A stretch of DNA of 64,000 nucleotides from NCBI GenBank assembly GCA_965226795.1, contig CBDDDZ010000005.1, positions 2,880,001 through 2,944,000 on the forward strand, written 5' to 3'. Positions within the stretch are counted from its first letter, which is position 1. Each line of letters opens with the position of its first letter. The DNA comes from Candidatus Latescibacterota bacterium. Its GTDB lineage: Bacteria; Latescibacterota; UBA2968; GCA-2709665. Made by a program: the position numbers and the translations under genes. The notes beneath the pieces are model-generated. The model was not told the DNA's origin and did no database searches. It saw nothing but the letters and a program-made list of their open reading frames with translations. This document shows, piece after piece, positions 1 through 8,977 of this stretch.

Positions 1-574
1 GAAGACCTTCCTGTAGGTGAGTGAAGTTCTCTTTAAGGCTGCGCTCGCATTGAGCAAGCACCTGCTCGAAGGTTTCCTGGCCGAAAACGGGCGGCACGTA
101 GTTTAATACCGCTCGCATCGTCAGCGCAGTGGCCACGATGTTGTCGTGAGAGAAACACGAATTGATCTCTTTGCACAGTCGCACCAGAACGGTGGTGTCG
201 AAATCCGTTGAACGCACGTCGTTCAATTGATCGATTACCGATGTATGGATGATGAATTGGGTTGTTGAGACGCTCGGTGCGCTACTATCGGTACCGCTCA
301 TCGCAGTTTCAATGTCTGGCAGGAAAGCCAACATTTCAGAATGAACCTCGAAAGCGGAGAAGACGTCATTGACATCCACTTCAAGACTGTTGAGTCGTTC
401 CTTTTCAATACTTGGGAGTATCGGCGATGTCAATCGTTGCAGTTGAATTAGAAGATGACGGCATTCGAGACAAAACGCTGATTGTGCATCGAAGTCATCG
501 ATCGGGCCACTAAACCTAAAGTTTCGTATATCTTTTATGACTTCGGCGATTCGTTCAGTTCGCGTCAGGGACAT
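1..574 (-). CDS. Hypothetical protein with a HEPN/DUF4145-like helical C-terminus; runs off the left edge and is missing from the ORF track
   Basis: Translated by hand from the ATG at 574: MSLTRTERIAEV...FDTTVLVRLCKEINSCFSHDNIVATALTMRAVLNYVPPVFGQETFEQV..., with no stop before position 1. The 'ATALTMRAVL' helix resembles the A..+.R..LE motif of HEPN-like proteins. Confidence 0.6.
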   Translation of the reverse strand, partial: MSLTRTERIAEVIKDIRNFRFSGPIDDFDAQSAFCLECRHLLIQLQRLTSPILPSIEKERLNSLEVDVNDVFSAFEVHSEMLAFLPDIETAMSGTDSSAPSVSTTQFIIHTSVIDQLNDVRSTDFDTTVLVRLCKEINSCFSHDNIVATALTMRAVLNYVPPVFGQETFEQVLAQCERSLKENFTHLQEGL

Positions 575-718
575 TTCCGTTCGGATACGGATTGAGTTCG
601 GCGATACTTCATGAAAAATCTGACAACTCTCGATGGAGTTTTCTAACGTAACCCGTGACACTCGATGGTATCGATGGGAACGTCATTCCACACTTCGTCC
701 GGATAACAAGGAAAGGGG

Positions 719-1987
719 TTACGGGCTCCGAAGTGCTTTAGCTACGCCACTTTCTGAAAGAACCGCGAGAGCATCGGATACGAGCAAGCGCACTGTGCGG
801 TTCTGATCCGCGGCAGATAGAAAATGCTCGAGAGGCCATTCAACACGCAGATCCCACCAGGCGACTTCATCTGGATCGAAATTCCACTTTGTCACCGGCC
901 AGTTTTTACCCTTTTGGCATGATTTCTCCCGACTCAGATCATTCAGTTTCTCTGCCCTATTCCCCAAAATGCCCTTCACGCGCTTTTTCGCATTATGGCG
1001 ATGATCGGTCTCGATTGCTATGAACAATACGGGCGTGCACCCTGCATGGACACCAATCATCAATAGAGGATAATCGTCGTCCGTTATCGGACCCCACAGA
1101 ACGCTTCTGCGCCTCATGGCCAAAAGGTGTTTCTGATGTCTTAATTTATCAGCAGTCACCAGCTTTGAGTCCTGGACACATTCTTCAAGACTCGAGACCA
1201 GCGAGTCAAAGGTCTCAACGGTCCTGTCTCCCATTGACGCAAGTGCACGCAGAAAGAGAACGTCATCAATTTTGAATTCTGACTCGCCCATCATGTTTAC
1301 CCCTCCAATATAGTCGCGCACAAACGAATAGTACGACTCGACAAGTACTCTTTCGTAGTTGCCGTCGTCCAGATGATTCCCTGCTGATTTTAACAATTCT
1401 GCAACACCCATCCAGGTCAGACGGTGCCATGATTCACGGTGTTTAGCAGGCAACTCCGCCCAAAGGTCGCTCTTTCCCAGTACGAAGCCAGCATTATGCT
1501 CGGCGCTGGCATCTTTGAGCCATTCCGAATAGAAGTCAAGCTGGTTTCGGAGCGGTTTTTCTTCATCCCCACCCCAATCCAACGATTCATTGATGCCGCT
1601 GTCGACCTTGGCTTCGAACGCCCAAACTGCGAGGCGTTCCAGACCATTCTCAGATCGCCTCACGATTTCAACCGTGAGGTCGATTCTCTTGGCATCGCGG
1701 ATTACGCGCTCGGTCTCGAGTATGATCTGGCATTGTTCGAGATCTACCGGTACCTGTAAGCGGGTGATTTCGGCCAGTTTGCTAACAAAGCCTCGCCGGA
1801 TCGTGGGCGCACTGCTCAGCACCGAGGCCAGGACCTCCACACAGAACCTCTCCTTTTGCTGGAGACCCGGTGTCCTCGACAGGCGCCTGAATAGGTCGAA
1901 GCCCGATCCCTCATTATTTCTCCCAAAAGGATCAGTTTCGATAAATGCCAAAGTCAGTTCCTGCAATACCATTCCTCCAATAGGCAT
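719..1987 (-). CDS. PD-(D/E)XK nuclease family protein
   Basis: RIDL...FEAKVDS...NQLDFY match the D, ExK and QLxxY motifs. The C-terminal half is of unknown function and the start codon is uncertain. Confidence 0.75.
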   Translation of the reverse strand: MPIGGMVLQELTLAFIETDPFGRNNEGSGFDLFRRLSRTPGLQQKERFCVEVLASVLSSAPTIRRGFVSKLAEITRLQVPVDLEQCQIILETERVIRDAKRIDLTVEIVRRSENGLERLAVWAFEAKVDSGINESLDWGGDEEKPLRNQLDFYSEWLKDASAEHNAGFVLGKSDLWAELPAKHRESWHRLTWMGVAELLKSAGNHLDDGNYERVLVESYYSFVRDYIGGVNMMGESEFKIDDVLFLRALASMGDRTVETFDSLVSSLEECVQDSKLVTADKLRHQKHLLAMRRRSVLWGPITDDDYPLLMIGVHAGCTPVLFIAIETDHRHNAKKRVKGILGNRAEKLNDLSREKSCQKGKNWPVTKWNFDPDEVAWWDLRVEWPLEHFLSAADQNRTVRLLVSDALAVLSESGVAKALRSP

Positions 1988-2082
1988 TCATCCACTATTG
2001 ATCGGTGCTCGTGCGTGCGATTAAGCGAGCGCGTTTATGGCCAAACTGGAAAACTAGATCTGAATAGTACAGAACGCGTTTC

Positions 2083-2111
2083 AAAGTAGGACGTCCAGGT
2101 ACGTTTGTCAA
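2083..2111 (-). promoter_or_regulatory. Sigma70-type promoter for the nuclease gene
   Basis: TTGACA-N17-TACTTT on the minus strand. Confidence 0.5.
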
Positions 2112-2544
2112 TCCGTTTAGCGACGAATTGAGGTAGGACAAAATTGACCAACCCTGCTGCTACCGGCTGTCTTCCTGAGTTTGCGAACCCGAATTTTCGA
2201 GTTTTTCTCTACGGTCCGGCGAGTTTGTGCACGCATTCGGATCATAGCCTTCAGGGGAAGCTCATCCCGGGAGACTTACGCAGTTCAGGCGGGATAGACC
2301 CTTCCGGAACCGGTACATATTCCGGGCCTGCGGTAGGGTACGTGCGAAACTAAAGTAATGCGTTCGCTTCGTGGTTTAACAGGGGGGTCAACTGGAGCAA
2401 GTCTGAAGCGGGCGGTGGGTGTGGGGAAGCAAGCGAGACGGTGATAGGAATAAAAGGAGAACGAAAGGAGTTGCGGGCGCTTATAGGCGGATGAAACGTC
2501 CTCTCCGTCATCTGAGCGCAATTAAGACTGACAATTGGATTGCT

Positions 2545-2769
2545 TTATTTCGTACCGATAAATTCCTCGTCAGTAAGCCCGATGTCTCTTGCGATTCGCC
2601 GAAGCAATATCGGCGAAATATCTCTTCCTTTGTGAAACGGTACAGTTGTCGCTCTTCCATCCGAATGGCGAAACTGCTTGTGCGATCCTCTTTGACGCAC
2701 TTCGCGAAATTGCAGCGATTCAAGTATTCGAGTCACTTCCCGAGGCTTAAGTACTGGAATTTTAGACAT
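2545..2769 (-). CDS. hicA: HicA family mRNA interferase toxin
   Basis: RQRGSHKQFRH...TTVPFH...LLRRI, the typical HicA pattern; overlaps the end of hicB. Confidence 0.93.
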   Translation of the reverse strand: MSKIPVLKPREVTRILESLQFREVRQRGSHKQFRHSDGRATTVPFHKGRDISPILLRRIARDIGLTDEEFIGTK

Positions 2770-2974
2770 TTGAGGTTACAATCTGCTGCGTTCCCACAAA
2801 CTCGGACTCGAGAATCGGTTCGCCGTCCTCAACAAGCATCTCGATCACTTCCGTCAGGTTTGTGTTTAATTCATCCAAAGTCTCGCCCTGAGAATGTGCG
2901 CCAGCAAAGCCGGGCACGTAACCGACATAAAACCCGGTTTCCTTACAGTGTTCCACGACGGCCGTAAAACGCAT
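2762..2974 (-). CDS. hicB: Short HicB antitoxin with no C-terminal DNA-binding domain
   Basis: YVGYVPGFAGAHSQGETLDELNTNLTEVI is the HicB partial RNase H fold motif. It lies upstream of hicA. Confidence 0.9.
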   Translation of the reverse strand: MRFTAVVEHCKETGFYVGYVPGFAGAHSQGETLDELNTNLTEVIEMLVEDGEPILESEFVGTQQIVTSNV

Positions 2975-3083
2975 TTTTCGCCTCACCTAATGGTTTGTTC
3001 CATTGGAGTCTTACAATAAGTCCGCTACGCGAGATCATCGGTGCATGTTCATTCGCACTGCTTGGTTACGGTACGGCGTTGAC

Positions 3084-3174
3084 TTCCCCCCACCGCATCA
3101 GCCGTCGCCGGCCCTTCGACAGGCTCAGGGGACCGGCTCGGCTTCTGCGACTTCCCCCTCAAGGGTGGAGTGAT
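3084..3174. repeat. Composite REP-like palindromic intergenic element
   Basis: The minus strand reads ATCACTCCACCCTTGAGGGGGAAGTCGCAGAAGCCGAGCCGG...CCTGAGCCTGTCGAAGGG...CCGGCGACGGCTGATGCGGTGGGGGG, which forms nested hairpins. Only one copy is present in this window. Confidence 0.55.
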
Positions 3175-3260
3175 CGGACCGTCAAACGGGCTCGCGCACT
3201 CACTTCCACCCATTTGGTTGTGGCTGAACAACGCCATTCCACGATCGGTAGATCTTTTTT

Positions 3261-5816
3261 CTACCCCCCCGCTGACATCCCAAAGACCGCGGCGAAGAGG
3301 ATAAAATCCGCAAAGCTGACCTGTTCGTCTCCGTTCAGATCCAGATTCAAATCAAAATTCGGATCGCCGGAACCGCTGCCGAAACCGCGCGCGAAAATCA
3401 CGAAGTCCCCGAAACCCACGCTGCCGTCACGGTCGAAATCCGCGCGTCTCGGATCGGTGACCGGCGCGTCTTCGTAAACCGGCTGCCCACGAACGGCGAT
3501 ACCCCGGGGCCCGTCTTCCAGCGTGAGCGTTTTGCGTATGAATCCTGTCGCTGCATCGATAAACAGCAGTTCGTTCGAATCCTGGTTGGCCGCGTAAACC
3601 GTCTTTCCATCGGCGGAGACGGCAACGTCGCGCGTTTCGCGCCCGCGTGCCGCCCACTTCAGAATTACGCGATTCAGTTCAGTATTGATAACCAGCACGT
3701 CGGCATTGGTCCGATCCGTCGCATAGAGGCGTTTACCATCCGGGGAGAGGGCAAGCCGGAAGATGCTCGCGGAGGGCTGGTCAATTTCGCTTACGACCTT
3801 ATATGTTTCGGTATCGATTACCGAAATACCAGCCCCGTTACCGCTGCGTCCGAACCTGGATACGTAGAGACGGTCTCCCGAGGGAGAGAGCAGCAGGGAC
3901 CGCGGCGAGACGGCCACGTCGATCCGCTGGGTCACCTGGGCGGCTTCGATATCCACCACCATCACCTGATCTCCATCGATGTCCGCTGCGTATAACCACT
4001 TTTCCTCGGGCCCCACGGCAATGCCGAACGGACCGCGTGTCCCTTCCCCTTCACCGGAAACGGGCGTAGAAATGCGCCGCCTCTCCCGCAGGCTGCCCAT
4101 GTCCACGACCGATACGGTCTGGTCCGCGGCATTGCTCACGTACACGCGTGACCCGTTTCGAGACATCGCCAGATCCAGCGGCTCGCGCCCCACCCGGGTC
4201 ACCAGGACTTCGTGTGTGGATGTATCGATCGCCATCAGCTTGTTTTCCGCGCCATCCGCATCGGCGCCGTTGTTGGCCACGTAGACATATCGCTCGTCGG
4301 GTGTCAACAACACACTCAACGGGTCGCCACCCAGCGGTATCCTCGCCACTTCGCGGTCCAGGCCCGTATCGAACACGGCCAACTGCCGCGAACGACGAAG
4401 GCACACGTACACGACCGGCTCACCGGAAAGCGCAAGCACTTCAAACCGGAGTTCCGGCAGTTCCTCAGCGGGATAGACCGTCTCATTGCCCTGGCTGTCC
4501 TGCGCCCGGAACCTATAGGTAAACACCGTTCCGCGCTTCCCTCCGGGAAACTCGGCAGAATAAAACCGTCCCTGGTCAGGCTGCAACACCATCGTCCGGA
4601 CGGGCCCGCCGTCGATCCGGTAATCCACCTCGACGGAAGCAACCGGGTCCTCGTCCAAAATGCGAACCTGTAGTCGATACGGCCCGGCCGGGCTCGGCGT
4701 GTTGTTCGGAAGAACTGAAGGTTGAATATCCGGAAAGCCGGGAAGCGCCGTACCCAGCGTAAAGTCCACCTCGCCCACGCTCCTGCCGGCGGCAACCCGA
4801 ACCGCGTCGGCAACGTCTCGAATCGCCCGGTTGTCGTAATATTCCTCCGGGAAGCCGGCCTCGAACCGGGTGTAAATGCCGCCGAAATTCCGCGTGGTCA
4901 CCGATCCGCCCACCGGTTCGATACCCACGTGATATTCACCTGGCGGCAGACCCTTGATTTCATAGGCCCCATCTCCGCCGATCCCCCGGGTCTCACCTGC
5001 CGTTCCGGAAAGAACGCCAGCGGCGAACGCGCCGGTATCCGCGTGGTATGCCACCACGTGCACCCCGAATGCCCCCTCGCCGTCCCGGTGTGTCACCCGC
5101 CCCGAAATCGCGGCCGTGGAAATTATCGCCTCCGTCGATGGGTAAAGCGCCGAAACCCCCGCCCGGTCGTCCGTTGTAAGGGTTCGTTCCTCGCCAAAGT
5201 AAAAGGGATACATCGACGGACGAACTGTTGGGTCACCCGCCAGCGGCGAATGGGCAAGGCCCAGCAAGTGGCCGATCTCGTGGGTCAGCACATCCTGCAT
5301 ATCCACCAGACTGCTCTCCGCATCGGGATTTCCCACCGAATAGGAATAGTCTCGCCCGTTGAAGACGATATCGACATCGGTAATGTGTCCCTGAACGTCC
5401 CAATTCATACGCGCGAACGCGATCACGCCACCGCCGCCGCCGGCGGGGAAATTCCCGGCGCTCCGGTCAATGGTAATGACGTTCTTCCCGTCTGTCGTCG
5501 ACACTTCCAGATCGGCGACGCCGCGGCTCCTGAACGCCGCGAATGAGATGGGCACGTCCTCCCACGCGGCGAAACTGTCGCGTACCAGGCGTTTCACATG
5601 GTCGGCAAAAAAGTGAAATTGGTCGATTTCGAGCCAAAATTCGATTGCGCGAGCCTTACCGGCCGGCCAGCGCGCCGTGACGATCTGGCCCTGGTTGTTC
5701 CGGTGCATCTGAAACACATAGGAAGACACGGGAGCCGCCAAAAAGCAGCCCGCCAGGGCGGGCACGACAAGCCAGGTGCACAATCGACGCATCCTGATTC
5801 CGATGTCGCGTCTCAA
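3261..5816 (-). CDS. Secreted matrixin/M10-type metalloprotease with Ig-like domains, a YVTN-type beta-propeller and a C-terminal dockerin-like double EF-hand
   Basis: Signal peptide; HEIGHLLGLAH metzincin motif with an SMYP Met-turn; repeated LSPDGKRLYA..V.VID blades; DFDRDGSVGFGDFVIFA and DLNGDEQVSFADFILFA. The start may be the ATG at about 5792. Confidence 0.85.
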   Translation of the reverse strand: MRRDIGIRMRRLCTWLVVPALAGCFLAAPVSSYVFQMHRNNQGQIVTARWPAGKARAIEFWLEIDQFHFFADHVKRLVRDSFAAWEDVPISFAAFRSRGVADLEVSTTDGKNVITIDRSAGNFPAGGGGGVIAFARMNWDVQGHITDVDIVFNGRDYSYSVGNPDAESSLVDMQDVLTHEIGHLLGLAHSPLAGDPTVRPSMYPFYFGEERTLTTDDRAGVSALYPSTEAIISTAAISGRVTHRDGEGAFGVHVVAYHADTGAFAAGVLSGTAGETRGIGGDGAYEIKGLPPGEYHVGIEPVGGSVTTRNFGGIYTRFEAGFPEEYYDNRAIRDVADAVRVAAGRSVGEVDFTLGTALPGFPDIQPSVLPNNTPSPAGPYRLQVRILDEDPVASVEVDYRIDGGPVRTMVLQPDQGRFYSAEFPGGKRGTVFTYRFRAQDSQGNETVYPAEELPELRFEVLALSGEPVVYVCLRRSRQLAVFDTGLDREVARIPLGGDPLSVLLTPDERYVYVANNGADADGAENKLMAIDTSTHEVLVTRVGREPLDLAMSRNGSRVYVSNAADQTVSVVDMGSLRERRRISTPVSGEGEGTRGPFGIAVGPEEKWLYAADIDGDQVMVVDIEAAQVTQRIDVAVSPRSLLLSPSGDRLYVSRFGRSGNGAGISVIDTETYKVVSEIDQPSASIFRLALSPDGKRLYATDRTNADVLVINTELNRVILKWAARGRETRDVAVSADGKTVYAANQDSNELLFIDAATGFIRKTLTLEDGPRGIAVRGQPVYEDAPVTDPRRADFDRDGSVGFGDFVIFARGFGSGSGDPNFDLNLDLNGDEQVSFADFILFAAVFGMSAGG

Positions 5817-5819
5817 GAC

Positions 5820-6212
5820 TCAGTCCTGTTGTATAAGCACGGGTTCGGGCCTCTCCTGATCCACGTACCACACCTCCTGCCGCCCGTCTCCGTCCAGGTC
5901 CGCCCACGCTTCCGCAACAAACGTCGACCCTTCCACCGTTACCCGGTAACGGAATCTGCCCGGAACCTCGTTTAATTTCAGGATATCGGCATTTTTTTCA
6001 CGGCTTATGGGGAGATAAGTTCCATATTCCTGAATGTAGGCGCTTTGCAGCCCGTAGATCAATTCGAGGTGCATCCGGGCGCGCGTGCGTTCGATGTCCT
6101 CGGGAGACTGCGCTGTGAGCCGGTAGATCATCAGCGCGCAGAATACGACCATCAGCAGTGCCGGCACGAGATGCTTCCTGAAGGAAATGCCACGTTCCGA
6201 TGCTTCGGGCAC
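5820..6212 (-). CDS. Small membrane-anchored protein resembling a type IV pilin head domain
   Basis: N-terminal TM helix, then ARMHLELIYGLQSAYIQEYGTY and FVAEAWADLDGDGRQEVWYVD. No prepilin cleavage site is visible. Confidence 0.55.
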   Translation of the reverse strand: MPEASERGISFRKHLVPALLMVVFCALMIYRLTAQSPEDIERTRARMHLELIYGLQSAYIQEYGTYLPISREKNADILKLNEVPGRFRYRVTVEGSTFVAEAWADLDGDGRQEVWYVDQERPEPVLIQQD

Positions 6213-6214
6213 GG

Positions 6215-7942
6215 CTATTTCTCCCCGGTGAGTCCTGACTCCACCCAGGCTTGAATGTGGAGCCGCTCTTCAGCGGCCGTCTCCCATCGGGGTACGACCT
6301 CTATTGTATCATGAAGCGCGGAAATGGGTTCGGCGGGAGCGAAGGGTCTGGCCACCCCCGGCGTCCAGGTACGGTTGCCGTCGATGTCTCCGAAGGCCAG
6401 CACCCGGTAACGCCCTGGCGGCAACGATTCCAGAATATAGGTAGAATCACCGGGCGCAACCGTGACTGCGTGCGTGCGTTCAGGGCCTGAAAGTGTTTGC
6501 GCCTGTACCACGATCGGCGTTTCGGAGGAGACTACCGCACCACTCACGGCGCCCTGATCCTCAGGAGACGCAACCGTAAACCGGAACACGATCTCGCCTT
6601 CGCCCGGGTTTCCGGAAACATCGGCAAGCTTGCTGGCCTGTCCCTTCAGAACGTAGTTCTCACCGGCCACCCACACTTCGTCGGGCCGAAACGCAAGGCG
6701 GTTGGCCCGAGGCCACGAGAACCGTCCCGCCGGGGCGTCCGTACTGTCGGAAATTACCCAGAACCCAGGATTCGTCCCGGGAGCCATGGCCTCGCTGAAA
6801 TCGATCCGCAACTCGGCGTTTTGCGAAATATGCCGTGCTCCCACGTCCGGTTCAACACGTACCGGATCGGGCGCGCGTCGGTCGGGTTGTCCGTCGCCAC
6901 GCACCGTTGCCACTTCGCCGGACGCAATCGCATTGCCGAACCGGTCGGCAATCCCGCCCAGTTCCACACGGTATTCCATTCCGTCAGCCTGCGGTCCTGT
7001 AACCAGCCACACCCGGCTGGAATCCCCGGCATCCGGGTAGACCGCCTCCACCTCAAGGAACCCGTCGGCACCGGAAATGCGGGGCGGCGAGGGCAGGTCC
7101 ACGGGTTCGTCGAACCGCAGCGACAGCCGCCGCTGATCGGGTGTCCGCGCCAAAACAAAACGCGGCGGTACGCTGTCACGCACCGCCATCTTAAGCAAGC
7201 CCAATCGCGCACGGCTCTCGCCCGAACGAAGCGGGATATCCCCCGATGGGACCGCAAGTGGTTCACCGGGATTATACGCCTGGTCGCGGTCCCCGTCGCG
7301 GAATGCGAATACCCGGTACCGCCCCGCTCCCAATCGGACAAAGCGGAACGTTCCATCGGCGCCGGGCTGTGTCACATAAGCAGCGGAGGCAGCTGCAGGG
7401 TCGGGGTCGTCAACTCCCGTCAGATCGTACGCCCATACGTAGACCTGCCCCCGTTTCCCGGCACGCACGAGGACGCGTCCGCGGATTTCACCGCCACTCA
7501 ACCGATGGCCGGTGGAGAATGCGAAACTGTAGGACGCCTCCATACGATTGAACGACTCGTCGGAACTCGCGGCGCCCACCGACACCACGTAGGTCCGGTC
7601 CGTACGAAGGCCTTCGCGTGGACGAATTTCAAGTTCCCGCCCGCGCCATCTGAAATCCGGATCGGTGGAAAAGCGCGGCGAAATAAAAATTGCCCGCGTC
7701 ACCGATCGGCGGTCCATGGATTCGCTGAACCGGATGCGGATGCGGGTGTGCGTTCCCACGCCCACGGAATCGGCAGCAGGCATCGTGTGGACAACCCGGG
7801 GCGGGATCACATCCGGTGGTCCGCCAGGCGGCGGCATGGGGTTGGCGCACGCTACTGCGAGAAGCGGCAGGAAGCCCATCAGTATTCGTGCCGCTATTTC
7901 CCACAGTGAGAAAGGAGGGCGAACCCGATTTAGTGTTCTCAC
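6215..7942 (-). CDS. Lipoprotein with Big_5 (SbsA-like) Ig-like domains
   Basis: Lipobox AVAC followed by ANPMPPPGGPPDVIPP; repeated I.F(S/D)E.M Ig motifs; YRVFAF.D.D motifs. Confidence 0.85.
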   Translation of the reverse strand: MRTLNRVRPPFSLWEIAARILMGFLPLLAVACANPMPPPGGPPDVIPPRVVHTMPAADSVGVGTHTRIRIRFSESMDRRSVTRAIFISPRFSTDPDFRWRGRELEIRPREGLRTDRTYVVSVGAASSDESFNRMEASYSFAFSTGHRLSGGEIRGRVLVRAGKRGQVYVWAYDLTGVDDPDPAAASAAYVTQPGADGTFRFVRLGAGRYRVFAFRDGDRDQAYNPGEPLAVPSGDIPLRSGESRARLGLLKMAVRDSVPPRFVLARTPDQRRLSLRFDEPVDLPSPPRISGADGFLEVEAVYPDAGDSSRVWLVTGPQADGMEYRVELGGIADRFGNAIASGEVATVRGDGQPDRRAPDPVRVEPDVGARHISQNAELRIDFSEAMAPGTNPGFWVISDSTDAPAGRFSWPRANRLAFRPDEVWVAGENYVLKGQASKLADVSGNPGEGEIVFRFTVASPEDQGAVSGAVVSSETPIVVQAQTLSGPERTHAVTVAPGDSTYILESLPPGRYRVLAFGDIDGNRTWTPGVARPFAPAEPISALHDTIEVVPRWETAAEERLHIQAWVESGLTGEK

Positions 7943-7946
7943 GTCA

Positions 7947-8852
7947 CTACGCCCTTGGATGCGCCTGCCGATAGGCCTTTTTCAGTCGTTCCACGCTCAC
8001 GTGGGTATAGATCTGGGTCGTGGACAGGCTCGCGTGCCCAAGCATTTCTTTGACCGCATTCAGATCGGCGCCCGCGTCCAGCAGATGGGTGGCAAACGTA
8101 TGCCGCAGGGTATGCGGGCCCAACCGGCCTCTGCCCGTCGCCTTTTCAAGATGCCCCACGACCCGATCCTGAACCCCGCTTGCGCTCAACGCCCTGCCTG
8201 AACGGCTAAGGAAAAAACGCCGCCGGTCAACCTCGGGCGCATCGGCCGGCAACAGTTCGGATCGACGTGCCAAATACCGGCGCAGAGCTTCCCGAGCGGG
8301 CCTCCCGACGGGCACGAGTCGCTCCTTACCGCCCTTCCCGGTCACCCGGACGGTTCCGCTGTCCAGGTCCAGGCTATCCATACCGATTTCCGCCAGTTCG
8401 CGCAAACGGATGCCGGAACTGTAAAACAATTCGAGAATCGCCCGGTCCCGCAAACCCAATACCGTATCCGGCGACGGATTCTCCAGCACCCGCCGCACCT
8501 CCCTGAGGTCCAGATGTACCGGCAAGGTCTTCTCCTGCCTGGGCGGACGGACCTGCAGCGCCGGATTCTTCTCCAGGCGGCCCAGCCGGCAGAGATAGGC
8601 AAGAAACGTGCGCAACGACGCCAGCTTCCGCGCAATTGAACGCCTGCCGAATCCGGCGCCGTTCAGATGACCCAGGAACGCCCGTACGTCGTCCCTGGCG
8701 AGACGACTAACATCCGGGTGTTCCGCGCCCGATCGGACCTGCAGGAAAGAAAGGAACCGTTCCAGGTCCGTTCGGTAGGCCCGACAGGTATGCGGCGACA
8801 ATCGACGCTCGCTGGCGAGATGACGTAGAAATTCGGCTATCTGATCCTGCAT
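7947..8852 (-). CDS. xerC: Tyrosine recombinase XerC
   Basis: LSPHTCRAY, SGIRLREL, GKGGKER, HTLRHTFATH, LGHASLSTTQIY; lies downstream of topA. True start is MQDQ at 8852. Confidence 0.9.
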   Translation of the reverse strand: MQDQIAEFLRHLASERRLSPHTCRAYRTDLERFLSFLQVRSGAEHPDVSRLARDDVRAFLGHLNGAGFGRRSIARKLASLRTFLAYLCRLGRLEKNPALQVRPPRQEKTLPVHLDLREVRRVLENPSPDTVLGLRDRAILELFYSSGIRLRELAEIGMDSLDLDSGTVRVTGKGGKERLVPVGRPAREALRRYLARRSELLPADAPEVDRRRFFLSRSGRALSASGVQDRVVGHLEKATGRGRLGPHTLRHTFATHLLDAGADLNAVKEMLGHASLSTTQIYTHVSVERLKKAYRQAHPRA

Positions 8853-8977
8853 ATCTAAGGGTTCCTGCAGTGTGTGCCGTGTCTTTGCATCGGAACAGCG
8901 GGCGCGGACCCGTCGACGGGGCTTGCGTCGGTTTCCGGTTCGAACCGCCGGTATCAGGGAAACGCGCGACGGCCTGC

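Noticed and set aside
2120..2540. Structured RNA (5S, 6S, tmRNA or RNase P) in the long intergenic region
   Set aside because: I found no diagnostic conserved motif on either strand. An Rfam search would be needed.
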